Positions 8,617-17,644 of a DNA stretch of 64,000 nucleotides are shown one piece after another. Origin of the DNA: Bradymonadia bacterium (GTDB taxonomy: Bacteria > Myxococcota_A > Bradymonadia > UBA7976 > UBA1532); the NCBI GenBank assembly GCA_046290225.1, contig JBKAGE010000070.1, forward strand, positions 192,001 to 256,000, written 5' to 3'. The first letter of the stretch is position 1, and every line of letters starts with the position of its first letter. Made by a program: the position numbers and the translations under genes. The notes beneath the pieces are model-generated. The model made no database searches. It was not told where the DNA came from and saw nothing but the letters and a program-made list of their open reading frames with translations.

Positions 8617-8766
8617 AGGACCTCCCACGTCTCGCGTTGCTGAGGAGTCTTACAAGATCTCCTTGCCAGTGCCTACCCGAACCCGTTACAAGCTCGGGCT
8701 ATCTGATGCGCACACAGGGTGTATTCAGATGGGGCATATATCAGGGCTAAAATGTGAAGGGGTCAC

Positions 8767-9309
8767 ATGCCATTCTCACTTCGTGGTCGCGTCGCGGTGA
8801 TCGACGCCGACATCACCACGCTTGAACTCGACGCCATCGTCAATGCCGCCAACAGCGCACTCCTCGGCGGTGGCGGGGTCGACGGGGCGATCCACCGCAA
8901 GGCGGGCCGTGGTCTGCTCGCCGAGTGTCGTCCGCTCAACGGGTGCCCTCCGGGGCAAGCGCGCATCACAGGTGGGCACAACCTGCCCGTGAAGCACATC
9001 ATTCATGCAGTCGGGCCCATCTGGCGTGGTGGCAACCAGGGTGAATCCACCACCCTGGCCGCCTGCTACACCAACAGCCTCAAGCTCTGCGAGCAGTATG
9101 ACTGCGAGACCGTGGCATTCCCGGGCATCAGCACCGGTGTCTATCGGTTCCCCATGGAGAAGGCCGCCTCCATCGCTGCAGAGACAGTGCTGCAGTGGCT
9201 CGAACACCACGAGCAGCCTCGCCACGTGACCTTCTGTGCATTTGGCTTCAAAGCAAAAAAGATCATGGCCGAAGCCCTCGAGGCTGCCCTCATGGCCCGA
9301 GACATGTAA
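8767..9309 (+). CDS. ymdB: Macro-domain protein (O-acetyl-ADP-ribose deacetylase / ADP-ribosylhydrolase, YmdB-like)
   Basis: DIT...DAIVNAANSALLGGGGVDGAIH, HAVGP, AFPGISTGVYRFP: canonical MacroD motifs. Confidence 0.93.
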   Translation: MPFSLRGRVAVIDADITTLELDAIVNAANSALLGGGGVDGAIHRKAGRGLLAECRPLNGCPPGQARITGGHNLPVKHIIHAVGPIWRGGNQGESTTLAACYTNSLKLCEQYDCETVAFPGISTGVYRFPMEKAASIAAETVLQWLEHHEQPRHVTFCAFGFKAKKIMAEALEAALMARDM

Positions 9310-9339
9310 GCTCCCAGCGTCTCAGCTCTGGAGCCACTC

Positions 9340-10134
9340 ATGGCAAAGTCATTCACCGGCGCCGCCTTCATCACCGGCGCATCTTCTGGCCTCGGCCGCG
9401 CGCTGGCGCCTCGCCTCGCCGCCGACGGTCAACCTGTAGCCATCGCCGCCCGGCGCCTCTCGGCCCTCGAAGATCTCGCCGCAGAGATCACCGCCGCCGG
9501 GGGCACCGCGCAGCCCATCGCCCTTGATGTGTCAGATCCCGACGCGGTTCAGCGCGCGGTGGCCCAGGCAGAGGCTGAGCTGGGCTCCATTGGATTGATG
9601 ATCGCCAACGCCGGCATCGACGGCCTCACCCCCGCAGAAAACTTCAAGGCGTCGGACGTGTCTCGGGTGCTTCAGGTGAACCTCGTGGGTGCTGCAGCCT
9701 GTTACGAAGCAGTGCTGCCGGGCATGCTCGAGCGTGGTGATGGTCAGCTGGTGGGGGTGGCCAGCCTCGCAGGCTTTCGAGGTCTACCGGGCGCCGGTGC
9801 GTATTGCGCGAGCAAGTCGGGCCTCATCGCCCTGCTCGAGAGCCTGCGCATCGAGCTTGCCCCCCGCGGCATCTCCGTGACCACACTCAACCCCGGCTTC
9901 GTGAAGACGCCGATGACCGCACCGAACCAGCACCCCATGCCTTTCTTGATGGAGCTGGACGCCGCGGCGAAAGTGATGCACCGGGCGATCCGCAGGCGAG
10001 CCTCAGAATGCAGCTTCCCCAAATCACTGGCCAGCATCACCCGGACCGGCAAGCTGTTGCCCAACGGACTGTACGACCGGATCCTCAAGAACAAGAAGGC
10101 CGACAAGGGTGGCGAGCAGACCGACTGGTCCTGA
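9340..10134 (+). CDS. Short-chain dehydrogenase/reductase
   Basis: TGASSGLG Rossmann motif, NAG, catalytic YCASK, PGFVKT; GGAG RBS. Confidence 0.93.
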   Translation: MAKSFTGAAFITGASSGLGRALAPRLAADGQPVAIAARRLSALEDLAAEITAAGGTAQPIALDVSDPDAVQRAVAQAEAELGSIGLMIANAGIDGLTPAENFKASDVSRVLQVNLVGAAACYEAVLPGMLERGDGQLVGVASLAGFRGLPGAGAYCASKSGLIALLESLRIELAPRGISVTTLNPGFVKTPMTAPNQHPMPFLMELDAAAKVMHRAIRRRASECSFPKSLASITRTGKLLPNGLYDRILKNKKADKGGEQTDWS

Positions 10135-11387
10135 TGGCTCTGCTGCTCAGCGCCTGCACTGAGCACCGCCCTGCTCCGAGCACCCTCGACACGCCTGACG
10201 CCGCTCTCACAGTCGAGACGGCCAGGGCTTTCTACGCCGCCCAGCCCCGCTACCTGCACCCTGTCGACCCCGGCGGCACGCCCAAGCCCCTGGCCGATCT
10301 CCGGGCGGCGACCTGCGGGCAATGCCACGTAGACATCTACAACGAGTGGAAGACCAGCACCCACGCCCATGCCTGGCTCGACGACGCCCAGTTTCAAGAA
10401 GAGCTGAAGAAGAGCACCCAGCCCAGCAACGACGTGGGCTGGATGTGCGTGAACTGCCACACGCCCCTCTTGGAGCAGCGCCCTCAGCTGGTCGTAGCAC
10501 TGAAAGATGGGGCGTTGAATCAGCCCATCTATGTCGAGAACCCTACATACGATGAAGCGCTCCAGCTCGAAGCGATCACCTGCGCCACGTGTCATGTGCG
10601 CGATGGGGTCATCGTCGGCCCGTATGGTGATACGCCCGCCCCCCACCCAGTCAAGAAGGGCGAGGTGCTCACCACATCGCAGTTGTGCATGAAGTGCCAT
10701 CAGGCCGTGGCCCGCTTCGATGCCCTCAATCTATTGTGCGCCTTCAATACAGGCCACGAGCTCGCCGAGAGCCCGCAGGGCAAGGCAGGTCAAACCTGCC
10801 AGCATTGCCACATGCCCGAGATCACCCGGCCCATCACCGCCTTGGGCACCCCCCCACGTAAGGGGCGTCGTCACTTCTTCGGGGGCTCGTTGATCCCCAA
10901 ACACCCGAAGTTCGCCGCGGAGCTCGCCCCTGTGGCTCAACATCACCCTCCAGGCCTCGAAGCGCGTTGGCACCACCGGCCCGTCACGGTCTCTGCCGGT
11001 GAGCAGGTGACCCTCACCGTCGACCTCATCAACGCCCGCAGCGCCCACCTGCTGCCCACGGGGGATCCGGAGCGGTTCCTCAAAGTGGACCTCAGCGCCC
11101 ACGACGCCACAGGGCAGATCCTGGGCAGCAACACGCTGAAGATTGGCGCCACGTACCGCTGGCACCCCCGGGCGGAGAAGATCGCCGACAACCGGCTGAA
11201 GCCCGGCGAGGGTCACCCACTCACCCTGAGCTTCACCGCGCCGAAGTCGGGCCCGGTGCAGATCACACTGACGGGTGCCCACTGGCGCATCAGCCAGGAG
11301 AACTTCGACTACCACCACCTCGAGGGCCGCTCGGTCTCTCACCGCGTGTTCCTCGAAGAATCGTGGAGCATCGATCTCGCCCGCTGA
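10134..11387 (+). CDS. Multiheme (5x CxxCH) cytochrome c, probable lipoprotein, with C-terminal beta-rich domain
   Basis: CGQCH, CVNCH, CATCH, CMKCH, CQHCH; W..S.HAHA and H.LPTG motifs; LLSAC lipobox-like; ATG overlaps SDR stop (TGATG). Exact start uncertain because the signal peptide is short. Confidence 0.85.
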   Translation: MALLLSACTEHRPAPSTLDTPDAALTVETARAFYAAQPRYLHPVDPGGTPKPLADLRAATCGQCHVDIYNEWKTSTHAHAWLDDAQFQEELKKSTQPSNDVGWMCVNCHTPLLEQRPQLVVALKDGALNQPIYVENPTYDEALQLEAITCATCHVRDGVIVGPYGDTPAPHPVKKGEVLTTSQLCMKCHQAVARFDALNLLCAFNTGHELAESPQGKAGQTCQHCHMPEITRPITALGTPPRKGRRHFFGGSLIPKHPKFAAELAPVAQHHPPGLEARWHHRPVTVSAGEQVTLTVDLINARSAHLLPTGDPERFLKVDLSAHDATGQILGSNTLKIGATYRWHPRAEKIADNRLKPGEGHPLTLSFTAPKSGPVQITLTGAHWRISQENFDYHHLEGRSVSHRVFLEESWSIDLAR

Positions 11388-11559
11388 TCAAGGGCGGTTG
11401 AGCACGTGGGGCTCATTGTCCCCCACCGACTGACCACTCGATCCACCATACGGCAACTGAACTGGCCACCCCCTCGATACGCATTTTCAAGCACTTGTGA
11501 TTGGCACGGTTACTGCTGCAAGGGACAGCACACTGAGACACGCCAACCCAATGAGGTGA

Positions 11560-13185
11560 ATGATGCGGATTCGTCGAGCGATTGCCATGATGGCCCCCTG
11601 CGCCCTCCTGACCTTTGGCTGCGGTGGTGAAGAGACCACCGAGTCCAACAGCGGCGTGGACATCGCTGCCTTCGACAGCGCAAAGACCGACATCGGCAAG
11701 CGGGCCAAGCTCATCGACAACATCGGCCTCGACAGCGAGATTCAGGGCCAGTTCGATCCCGCCGTCCGTACCTACGGCTACATCATCGAGGCCAAGAAGG
11801 GCGCCAAGCTGCAGATCACCCTCGAGGGTTTCGCTGGCGAAGACGCCCGCGGCATCGAGGCCGGTGCCGAACTCGACACCATCATGGCCCTCTACGGCCC
11901 CTACGAGAGCGGCGAGAACCCCGGTGAGAAGCTCATCGAGCACGACGACAACGGTCGCAGCCTGAGCCCCGCTCCGATCCAGTTCGAGGTCGAGCAGGAC
12001 GGCAAGTACCTCATCGCCTTCACCTCCTTCGACGACACCGGCTCCGGCAAGTACACCGTGAAGGTGGGCTGCGACGGCACCGACTTCCAGTGCCAGCGCC
12101 CCGACTTCGACAAGCCCTGTGAAGAGGGCAAGCTCTACGTGCAGGGCGGCGTCGTCGAAGAGGACACCACCTGGGACACCTGCGAGGTCATCCTCCTCGA
12201 GCCCACTCGGGTCGCCGAGGGCAAGATCCTCACCATCAAGCCCGGCGTCGAGGTGAAGGGTAACTATCTGAGCCCCAACGGTCAGAACTTCGGCAACGTC
12301 ACCCTCACCGCCTCGACCATCCAGGCCGTGGGCACCCCCGAGCACCCCATCGCCTTCACCGCCTTCACCGATCGCGGCTGGGGCGGCCTGGTGCTCACCG
12401 GTGAGTCCAGCAGCCTCGACAACATCTACATCGAGAAGGCCAACGTGGCCCTCACCCTGCGCAACGGCGCCACCGGCACCGTGAGCAACTCCATCATCCA
12501 GGGTAACTTCGAGGTGGGCGGCGCCAGCGTCATGGGTCAGGCCGGCATCCGGGCCACCGCCGACGTCGACGCCAACTTCATCCGCGCCGAGGTCAAGGGC
12601 TTCCAGATCGGCATCGACGCCCAGAACGCCGAGCACTTGGTCATCGAGGACTCGATCATCCACGGCAACAACAGCGGTGTGCGCGTCAGCGGTCAGAACC
12701 GTATCAACGGCTGCCGGAACGTGGCCCAGCCCCAGGTGTGGCGCGACCCCAAGTTCATCCACACCGACATCTACGACAACCAGACCGGCATCGAGATCTG
12801 GGGCAGCGACATTCTGATCCAGGTGGAGAAGAGCAACATCATCAAGAACCGCGGCTTCGCCATCGACATCCAGGGCGGCACGCTCAACCCTGAGTCCTAC
12901 GTCCGCGACACCAACATCTTCGAGAACAACCGCGCCACGGCCACTGACAACACCATGCAGATCCGCAGCTTCCACCGCACCGGCCGCGTGGACATCAGCG
13001 ACAACTACTGGCGCTTCATCAGCGATCCTCAGCTGAGCACCAGCTGGAACACCCAGTGCAACGGTCAGGTGGACTTCTCCGGCTTCCACCCCGAGAAGGT
13101 CTCCGACGCTGGCCCCCGCAAGGCCAACGTGAAGACCGACATCTGGTCCGCCAGCGTCGCCGAGACCTTCGCCGACGAGGAGTAA
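11560..13185 (+). CDS. Secreted lipoprotein with PPC-like beta-sandwich and right-handed beta-helix repeats
   Basis: Signal with FGC lipobox; LDTIMALYGP...DDNG segment; EHPIAFT..RGWGGL and repeated N/I/S-rich beta-helix turns; strong C-ending codon bias; GAGG RBS. Confidence 0.75.
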   Translation: MMRIRRAIAMMAPCALLTFGCGGEETTESNSGVDIAAFDSAKTDIGKRAKLIDNIGLDSEIQGQFDPAVRTYGYIIEAKKGAKLQITLEGFAGEDARGIEAGAELDTIMALYGPYESGENPGEKLIEHDDNGRSLSPAPIQFEVEQDGKYLIAFTSFDDTGSGKYTVKVGCDGTDFQCQRPDFDKPCEEGKLYVQGGVVEEDTTWDTCEVILLEPTRVAEGKILTIKPGVEVKGNYLSPNGQNFGNVTLTASTIQAVGTPEHPIAFTAFTDRGWGGLVLTGESSSLDNIYIEKANVALTLRNGATGTVSNSIIQGNFEVGGASVMGQAGIRATADVDANFIRAEVKGFQIGIDAQNAEHLVIEDSIIHGNNSGVRVSGQNRINGCRNVAQPQVWRDPKFIHTDIYDNQTGIEIWGSDILIQVEKSNIIKNRGFAIDIQGGTLNPESYVRDTNIFENNRATATDNTMQIRSFHRTGRVDISDNYWRFISDPQLSTSWNTQCNGQVDFSGFHPEKVSDAGPRKANVKTDIWSASVAETFADEE

Positions 13186-13345
13186 TCCTCCACCCCCCTC
13201 CTTCCTGCAGCTCGTCTCTGAGCCCGCCTCTCCCCCATCTCATTGCTGTTGACACGTCCCATTCGGATCAGCAGATATTTCTGTGTCAGGTTTCCAGGCA
13301 GACCCGCGAAGCCCCCTCTGAGTGTTCAACCACCAGGAGGGCATC

Positions 13346-14698
13346 ATGTCTGCTCACCACACAGCTTTCGTCGCCACGATGATCTTCGGGGCGCTCTCTC
13401 TCGCCTCGGCTCAACACGCCAGAGCCGACTGCACATACACCATCAAAGGCAACGTCGAGGTGGCGCATCAGCTCTCGGAGCTGCAGAGCACACTGGGGGC
13501 CGAGTCCCCCCTGGAGAACATCCAGGTGAAGGTCTCGGCCCAGAAAAAAGTGGGCTTTGTCTGGGGCTGGTTCTCGGAATGGGAGACCGTGCGGACCGAC
13601 GCGGACGGCGCCTTCTCCGTGACCAAGACGAAGAACTGCGCCAAGCGTCGTTTTCGAGTGAAGGTGAAGTTCGACGACGACGAGCTGGAGCTGCGTCACG
13701 AAACCTCGACCTCTTCGCTCACCAAGGTGAAGTGGTACACAGTCTACGACGACTCCGGTGACGTCTATCGCGACTCAGTCACCGTAAACCTCGGTGATCT
13801 GACCTTCGAGTCTGGCGGCAACGACGATCTCGGCGAGTTCGAGCCGCGCCGCCACGCCGACATCTGGGTGCTGTATCACATGGCCTTCGACCAGATGGCG
13901 GACTATGGCCACCCCTTCGAAGACAAGATCAAACTGAAGTACCCCCATGACGGTGTGGCCCCCGATCTGCCCGAGGCGAGCTATGCCAACCCGCTCAACA
14001 ACGTCATCTACATCGTAAAGAACTCGGGGAGTGACGCGGGAGACGACACCGACACGCTGCTGCACGAGCTCATGCACATGTGGCTGTACCAGCACAGCCG
14101 CGGCGAAGACGCCATGGCGGGTTATCTGGTCACCCATCTGCAGCGAGGCACCCACGACATCGTCGATCAAGAGTACGTGGCGTTCCACGAGGGCTTCGCG
14201 GAGTACAGCATGCACGTGCTGGTGGAAGATCTCTTCGGCATCGAGCGCCCACTGCCCCTGAGCCGCACCACCCTCGCAGGTCAGGGCCTCGACACCTTGG
14301 AGATGATGCAGTTCAAGGACACGGGCTGGGAGAGCACGTTCCTGCTCATCGCCCTGGAGCACCTCGACGACTACGACTTCAGCTCGACGGGGTACCGCAT
14401 TGACGAGCGGGGCTTCGGGCTGGCGCAGACCTGTGACGAGGTGACGCAGATCGGCTTCAAGCGTTTGCTGAGGATCTTCGCCGCGGATGATGACGCGGGC
14501 TACAGCCAGCAGATCCATCGCGACGAGATGAACTACGATGACTTCTTCACCCGGGCTCAGGACATCTTGAGCAAGTACGACGCAGCTGATGAAGACGTGC
14601 ATCTGCAGCTGCTCGACCCGGAGAGTGACTTCGAGCCCTATGAAGACATCTGCGAGCCCTGGATCATCGGCCCGGGCTCGGGTTGGCTGAGTTTCTGA
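13346..14698 (+). CDS. Secreted zincin-type metallopeptidase-like protein
   Basis: Signal peptide ending ARA; LLHELMH followed by AFHEGFAEY (gluzincin-like third ligand); AGGAGG RBS before ATG 13346. Confidence 0.75.
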   Translation: MSAHHTAFVATMIFGALSLASAQHARADCTYTIKGNVEVAHQLSELQSTLGAESPLENIQVKVSAQKKVGFVWGWFSEWETVRTDADGAFSVTKTKNCAKRRFRVKVKFDDDELELRHETSTSSLTKVKWYTVYDDSGDVYRDSVTVNLGDLTFESGGNDDLGEFEPRRHADIWVLYHMAFDQMADYGHPFEDKIKLKYPHDGVAPDLPEASYANPLNNVIYIVKNSGSDAGDDTDTLLHELMHMWLYQHSRGEDAMAGYLVTHLQRGTHDIVDQEYVAFHEGFAEYSMHVLVEDLFGIERPLPLSRTTLAGQGLDTLEMMQFKDTGWESTFLLIALEHLDDYDFSSTGYRIDERGFGLAQTCDEVTQIGFKRLLRIFAADDDAGYSQQIHRDEMNYDDFFTRAQDILSKYDAADEDVHLQLLDPESDFEPYEDICEPWIIGPGSGWLSF

Positions 14699-14702
14699 GC
14701 GC

Positions 14703-16517
14703 TCACTCCATCGGGGCGGCCCCGAGGCCGAGGCGTCGGCCGACACGGCGGTAGACCACCCGCCGCCAGTCGGCGTTGTTGTTGAGGCCCACGGTGGCAC
14801 CGCAGCGGTAGCCGCCCACGCCATTGTCGAGGGTGTGCCAGCACAAACGCTCCTCGCCACGCTCGTTGGCGGTGTCGCACTGGCTTCGGCTGAGCATCAC
14901 GCCGGCAGGGGCGAAACCGAAGGAGAAGTCGGTGGTGAGATACCACTGCACCCCGTTGTAAAGGTGGGCGGTGTTGATCTCGCCAGGCACCACGGTGAAG
15001 ATCTCTGCAGGATCACCGCCGGCGGCCACGGTGAGGGTGTCGCTCTCGACGGGCTGACAGGCCACGATCACCTCTTCGCCACCGCAGCTCATGAGCATGT
15101 CCTCTTCGTCGAAGCCCTGGTCATAGGTGCCCTCGAAGCAGACTTCGAAGCCTTCCATCTCCAACTCGGCCACGGGCACGTTGGTGCGCACCCCCTGAAT
15201 GAACACGTCGCCCTCGCCGGGCTCGACGATCTCGTCGGGCGTGTCGGGGCCGTCGATCATCCAGTCGCCGAAGATCATGGACTGCATCAGGGTGAGCGAC
15301 GCTTCGTTGAACTGATCGTTGTCCTGCCAATCACCTTCCACGAGCCACAGGCGACCCTGGAGCACGTCGCGGTACGCGAGAGAGACGGTGTTCTCGTCCC
15401 AGCCACCGAGGGGGGTGATGTCGGGGAAGCCGCTCAGGCTGAAGCCACAGCTGAGATCGCCCTCTTGAAGCGGCAGATCGCCGTTGACCTGCCAGAACTC
15501 GTCTTCCTCGTTGAAGCGCACGGGGGGGTTGATGTTGTCCTGGCAGCCGCCCGAGCGCTGTCCGGCCTGAACGACGCCCGCCCCGAGGAAGATGGCGTTG
15601 AAGACCTCGTCGCTGGCGTTGTACTCGGTGATGATTCGCCCACCGTTGCGCAAGTAGCCCCTGAGCTGGGCGCCGTCGATGCGCCCTCTGCCGCCGCGCG
15701 TGATCAGCAAGGCCTGAGTGTCTTGATCGGGGGCGCACCCCTGAGCGAGCTGCTGAGGGGCACCTTCGGGGATGAAGGTGCTGAGATCTCGCGCCGAGTT
15801 GCCACACTGCATGATCGTGGGGCGCGCCGCGGCGAAGTCGAAGCACCGCAGCCCCTCGTCGATCTGACCGTCGCAGTTGTCGTCGATGCCGTTGCAGATC
15901 TCCTCCACGGGATCCCCGGGTACGGCGTCACAGGTCAGCGCGTCGTCGCTGCACACCAGGGTGCCTTCGGCGCCGCAGGCCCCTTCGCCGACGCTGCACG
16001 CCTCGCCGAGGCCCTCGACGTTGTCGATCTCCCCGTCGCAGTCATTGTCGACGCCGTCACACGTCTCGGCTGATGGCTCACCGGGCTGGGCATCACAGAC
16101 GAGCTCGCCGTCGCCACACACCAGCGCCCCCTCGACACCGCAGGCACCCACGCCGACCTCGCAGGCCTCGCCGAGGCCCTCGACGTTGTCGATCTCCCCA
16201 TCGCAGTCGTTGTCTTCACCGTCACAGATCTCTGGCGTGGGCTCGCAGGGGGGCTCTCCACCGGCGCCACCCATCATCTCTCCGCCCATGCCGGCCTCAC
16301 CGCCGGCCCCGCCCATCACCTCGCCACCCATACCGGCTTCTCCACCGGCGCCAGCTTCGCCACCGGCGCCGCCGGCCTCACCGCCGGCTGCTCCGCCAGC
16401 CCCCCCCATGGACTCTCCAGCGTCAGGGCGCTCGTCGGTGGTGTCCGAGCTGTCGTCGTCACAGCCAGCGAAAGCGGCGACACAGGTCGCCAACAGAAGG
16501 GTGTTCCACAGTTTCAT
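14703..16517 (-). CDS. Cys-rich surface lipoprotein with three E-x-C-[DN]-G-x-D-[ND]-[DN]-C-D-G putative metal-binding repeats
   Basis: FAGC lipobox, Gly/Ala/Glu linker, EICDGEDNDCDG / ETCDGVDNDCDG / EICNGIDDNCDG repeats; GAGGAG RBS. Confidence 0.8.
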   Translation of the reverse strand: MKLWNTLLLATCVAAFAGCDDDSSDTTDERPDAGESMGGAGGAAGGEAGGAGGEAGAGGEAGMGGEVMGGAGGEAGMGGEMMGGAGGEPPCEPTPEICDGEDNDCDGEIDNVEGLGEACEVGVGACGVEGALVCGDGELVCDAQPGEPSAETCDGVDNDCDGEIDNVEGLGEACSVGEGACGAEGTLVCSDDALTCDAVPGDPVEEICNGIDDNCDGQIDEGLRCFDFAAARPTIMQCGNSARDLSTFIPEGAPQQLAQGCAPDQDTQALLITRGGRGRIDGAQLRGYLRNGGRIITEYNASDEVFNAIFLGAGVVQAGQRSGGCQDNINPPVRFNEEDEFWQVNGDLPLQEGDLSCGFSLSGFPDITPLGGWDENTVSLAYRDVLQGRLWLVEGDWQDNDQFNEASLTLMQSMIFGDWMIDGPDTPDEIVEPGEGDVFIQGVRTNVPVAELEMEGFEVCFEGTYDQGFDEEDMLMSCGGEEVIVACQPVESDTLTVAAGGDPAEIFTVVPGEINTAHLYNGVQWYLTTDFSFGFAPAGVMLSRSQCDTANERGEERLCWHTLDNGVGGYRCGATVGLNNNADWRRVVYRRVGRRLGLGAAPME

Positions 16518-16702
16518 CTCGATGCTCCTCGTGGTGTGTGTTCACCAGTGCAGTGCACGTTCCGAGGCTTCGTTTTTTTCCGGTGGGCGTTTTTGTGCCG
16601 TGTTTTTTCAGAAAGGGTGTGAGAGACATCCAGGCCCAGTCTGGCTCCGCTCGCCGCGACGCGTACTCTAGAACCGCATCTTCTGCCCTGACGAGGTGAG
16701 GC

Positions 16703-17644
16703 ATGGCGTCAGACGATCCGATCGATTTCGAAGCCCACATGAAGCGCATCGGGGTCACCCCGCGCCCAGATCGGCAGCGTCGTGATCGTCAGCCGCACGT
16801 CGAGACCTCCCCCACGCCGGCCTCAGCCAACTCACCGTCACCGCCCACAGCAGTAGACCTCCAGAAAGATCGCGACGCGCTGCGTCGAGACAACACCGCT
16901 CTGCGACATCGGGTGAAGGCCCTGGAGGTTCAGCTCGAGGCCGCCAAGCAGGCAGCAGGTGAAGCGCGCGCGCAGCAGCGCATCGCCGAGGCCAAGCTCA
17001 GTCGGCTCGACGCGCCCAAACCCAATGAGAGTACGCTGCGTGATCTGCTCAGGGCCCGCGGGTGCGCCGACGACGACGAGATGATGTTGGTGGTCGAAGG
17101 GCTGCTGGCGTCTCGGCCCGAGGTGCTGTTGGACCAAAGCCTCTCTCGACCCGAGGCATTGCTCACGGCCCTCGACGCCGAGGTGATCTTCACCGCCCGA
17201 GATCTGCCCCCTGGGCCTCGGCCCGCGGTGGTGATCCCTGTGAGCGCGCAGCAACGCTGTGAGCTGGGGCCCGCTTCAGATCTCACCGCAGCCTATGAGG
17301 GCTTCGTCGATCTGTGTCGACGACACGCGCTGAAGCGGGTGGTGATCATCGGGGGCTCGCCGAGCTACCACGCTCAGCTCAAGGCCCTGGAGCGCGTCAT
17401 GGCGGGGGCACCGCGGGTGAGCCTGATCGACGGCACCCGCCGTCACCCGGAGCGCCGGGCCCGGCCGCACCTCAAGGGGGCTGACCTGGTGGTGATTTGG
17501 GGGCAGACGATGCTCGCCCACGCCGTGAGCGAGCAATATCGGGGGGCAGGTCAGCGGGTGACGGTGGTGCGGCCGGGGCTCACGGGCATGCTCTTCGAGC
17601 TCTCGCTCAGTCTCGAGTCACGCTTCAGCGACCAGCAGCGATGA
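16703..17644 (+). CDS. Hypothetical protein: coiled coil plus C-terminal DUF2325-like domain
   Basis: Heptad-rich N-half; RVVIIGG...ADLVVIWGQTMLAHAVS pattern typical of DUF2325-like domains. Confidence 0.6.
   Translation: MASDDPIDFEAHMKRIGVTPRPDRQRRDRQPHVETSPTPASANSPSPPTAVDLQKDRDALRRDNTALRHRVKALEVQLEAAKQAAGEARAQQRIAEAKLSRLDAPKPNESTLRDLLRARGCADDDEMMLVVEGLLASRPEVLLDQSLSRPEALLTALDAEVIFTARDLPPGPRPAVVIPVSAQQRCELGPASDLTAAYEGFVDLCRRHALKRVVIIGGSPSYHAQLKALERVMAGAPRVSLIDGTRRHPERRARPHLKGADLVVIWGQTMLAHAVSEQYRGAGQRVTVVRPGLTGMLFELSLSLESRFSDQQR

Noticed and set aside
9804..10133. Upstream extension of the cytochrome ORF; likewise the extensions of 31733-34132, 32087-33637, 57960-58844 and 60059-62137
   Set aside because: They overlap neighbouring genes; downstream starts with RBS or family-consistent N-termini fit better.
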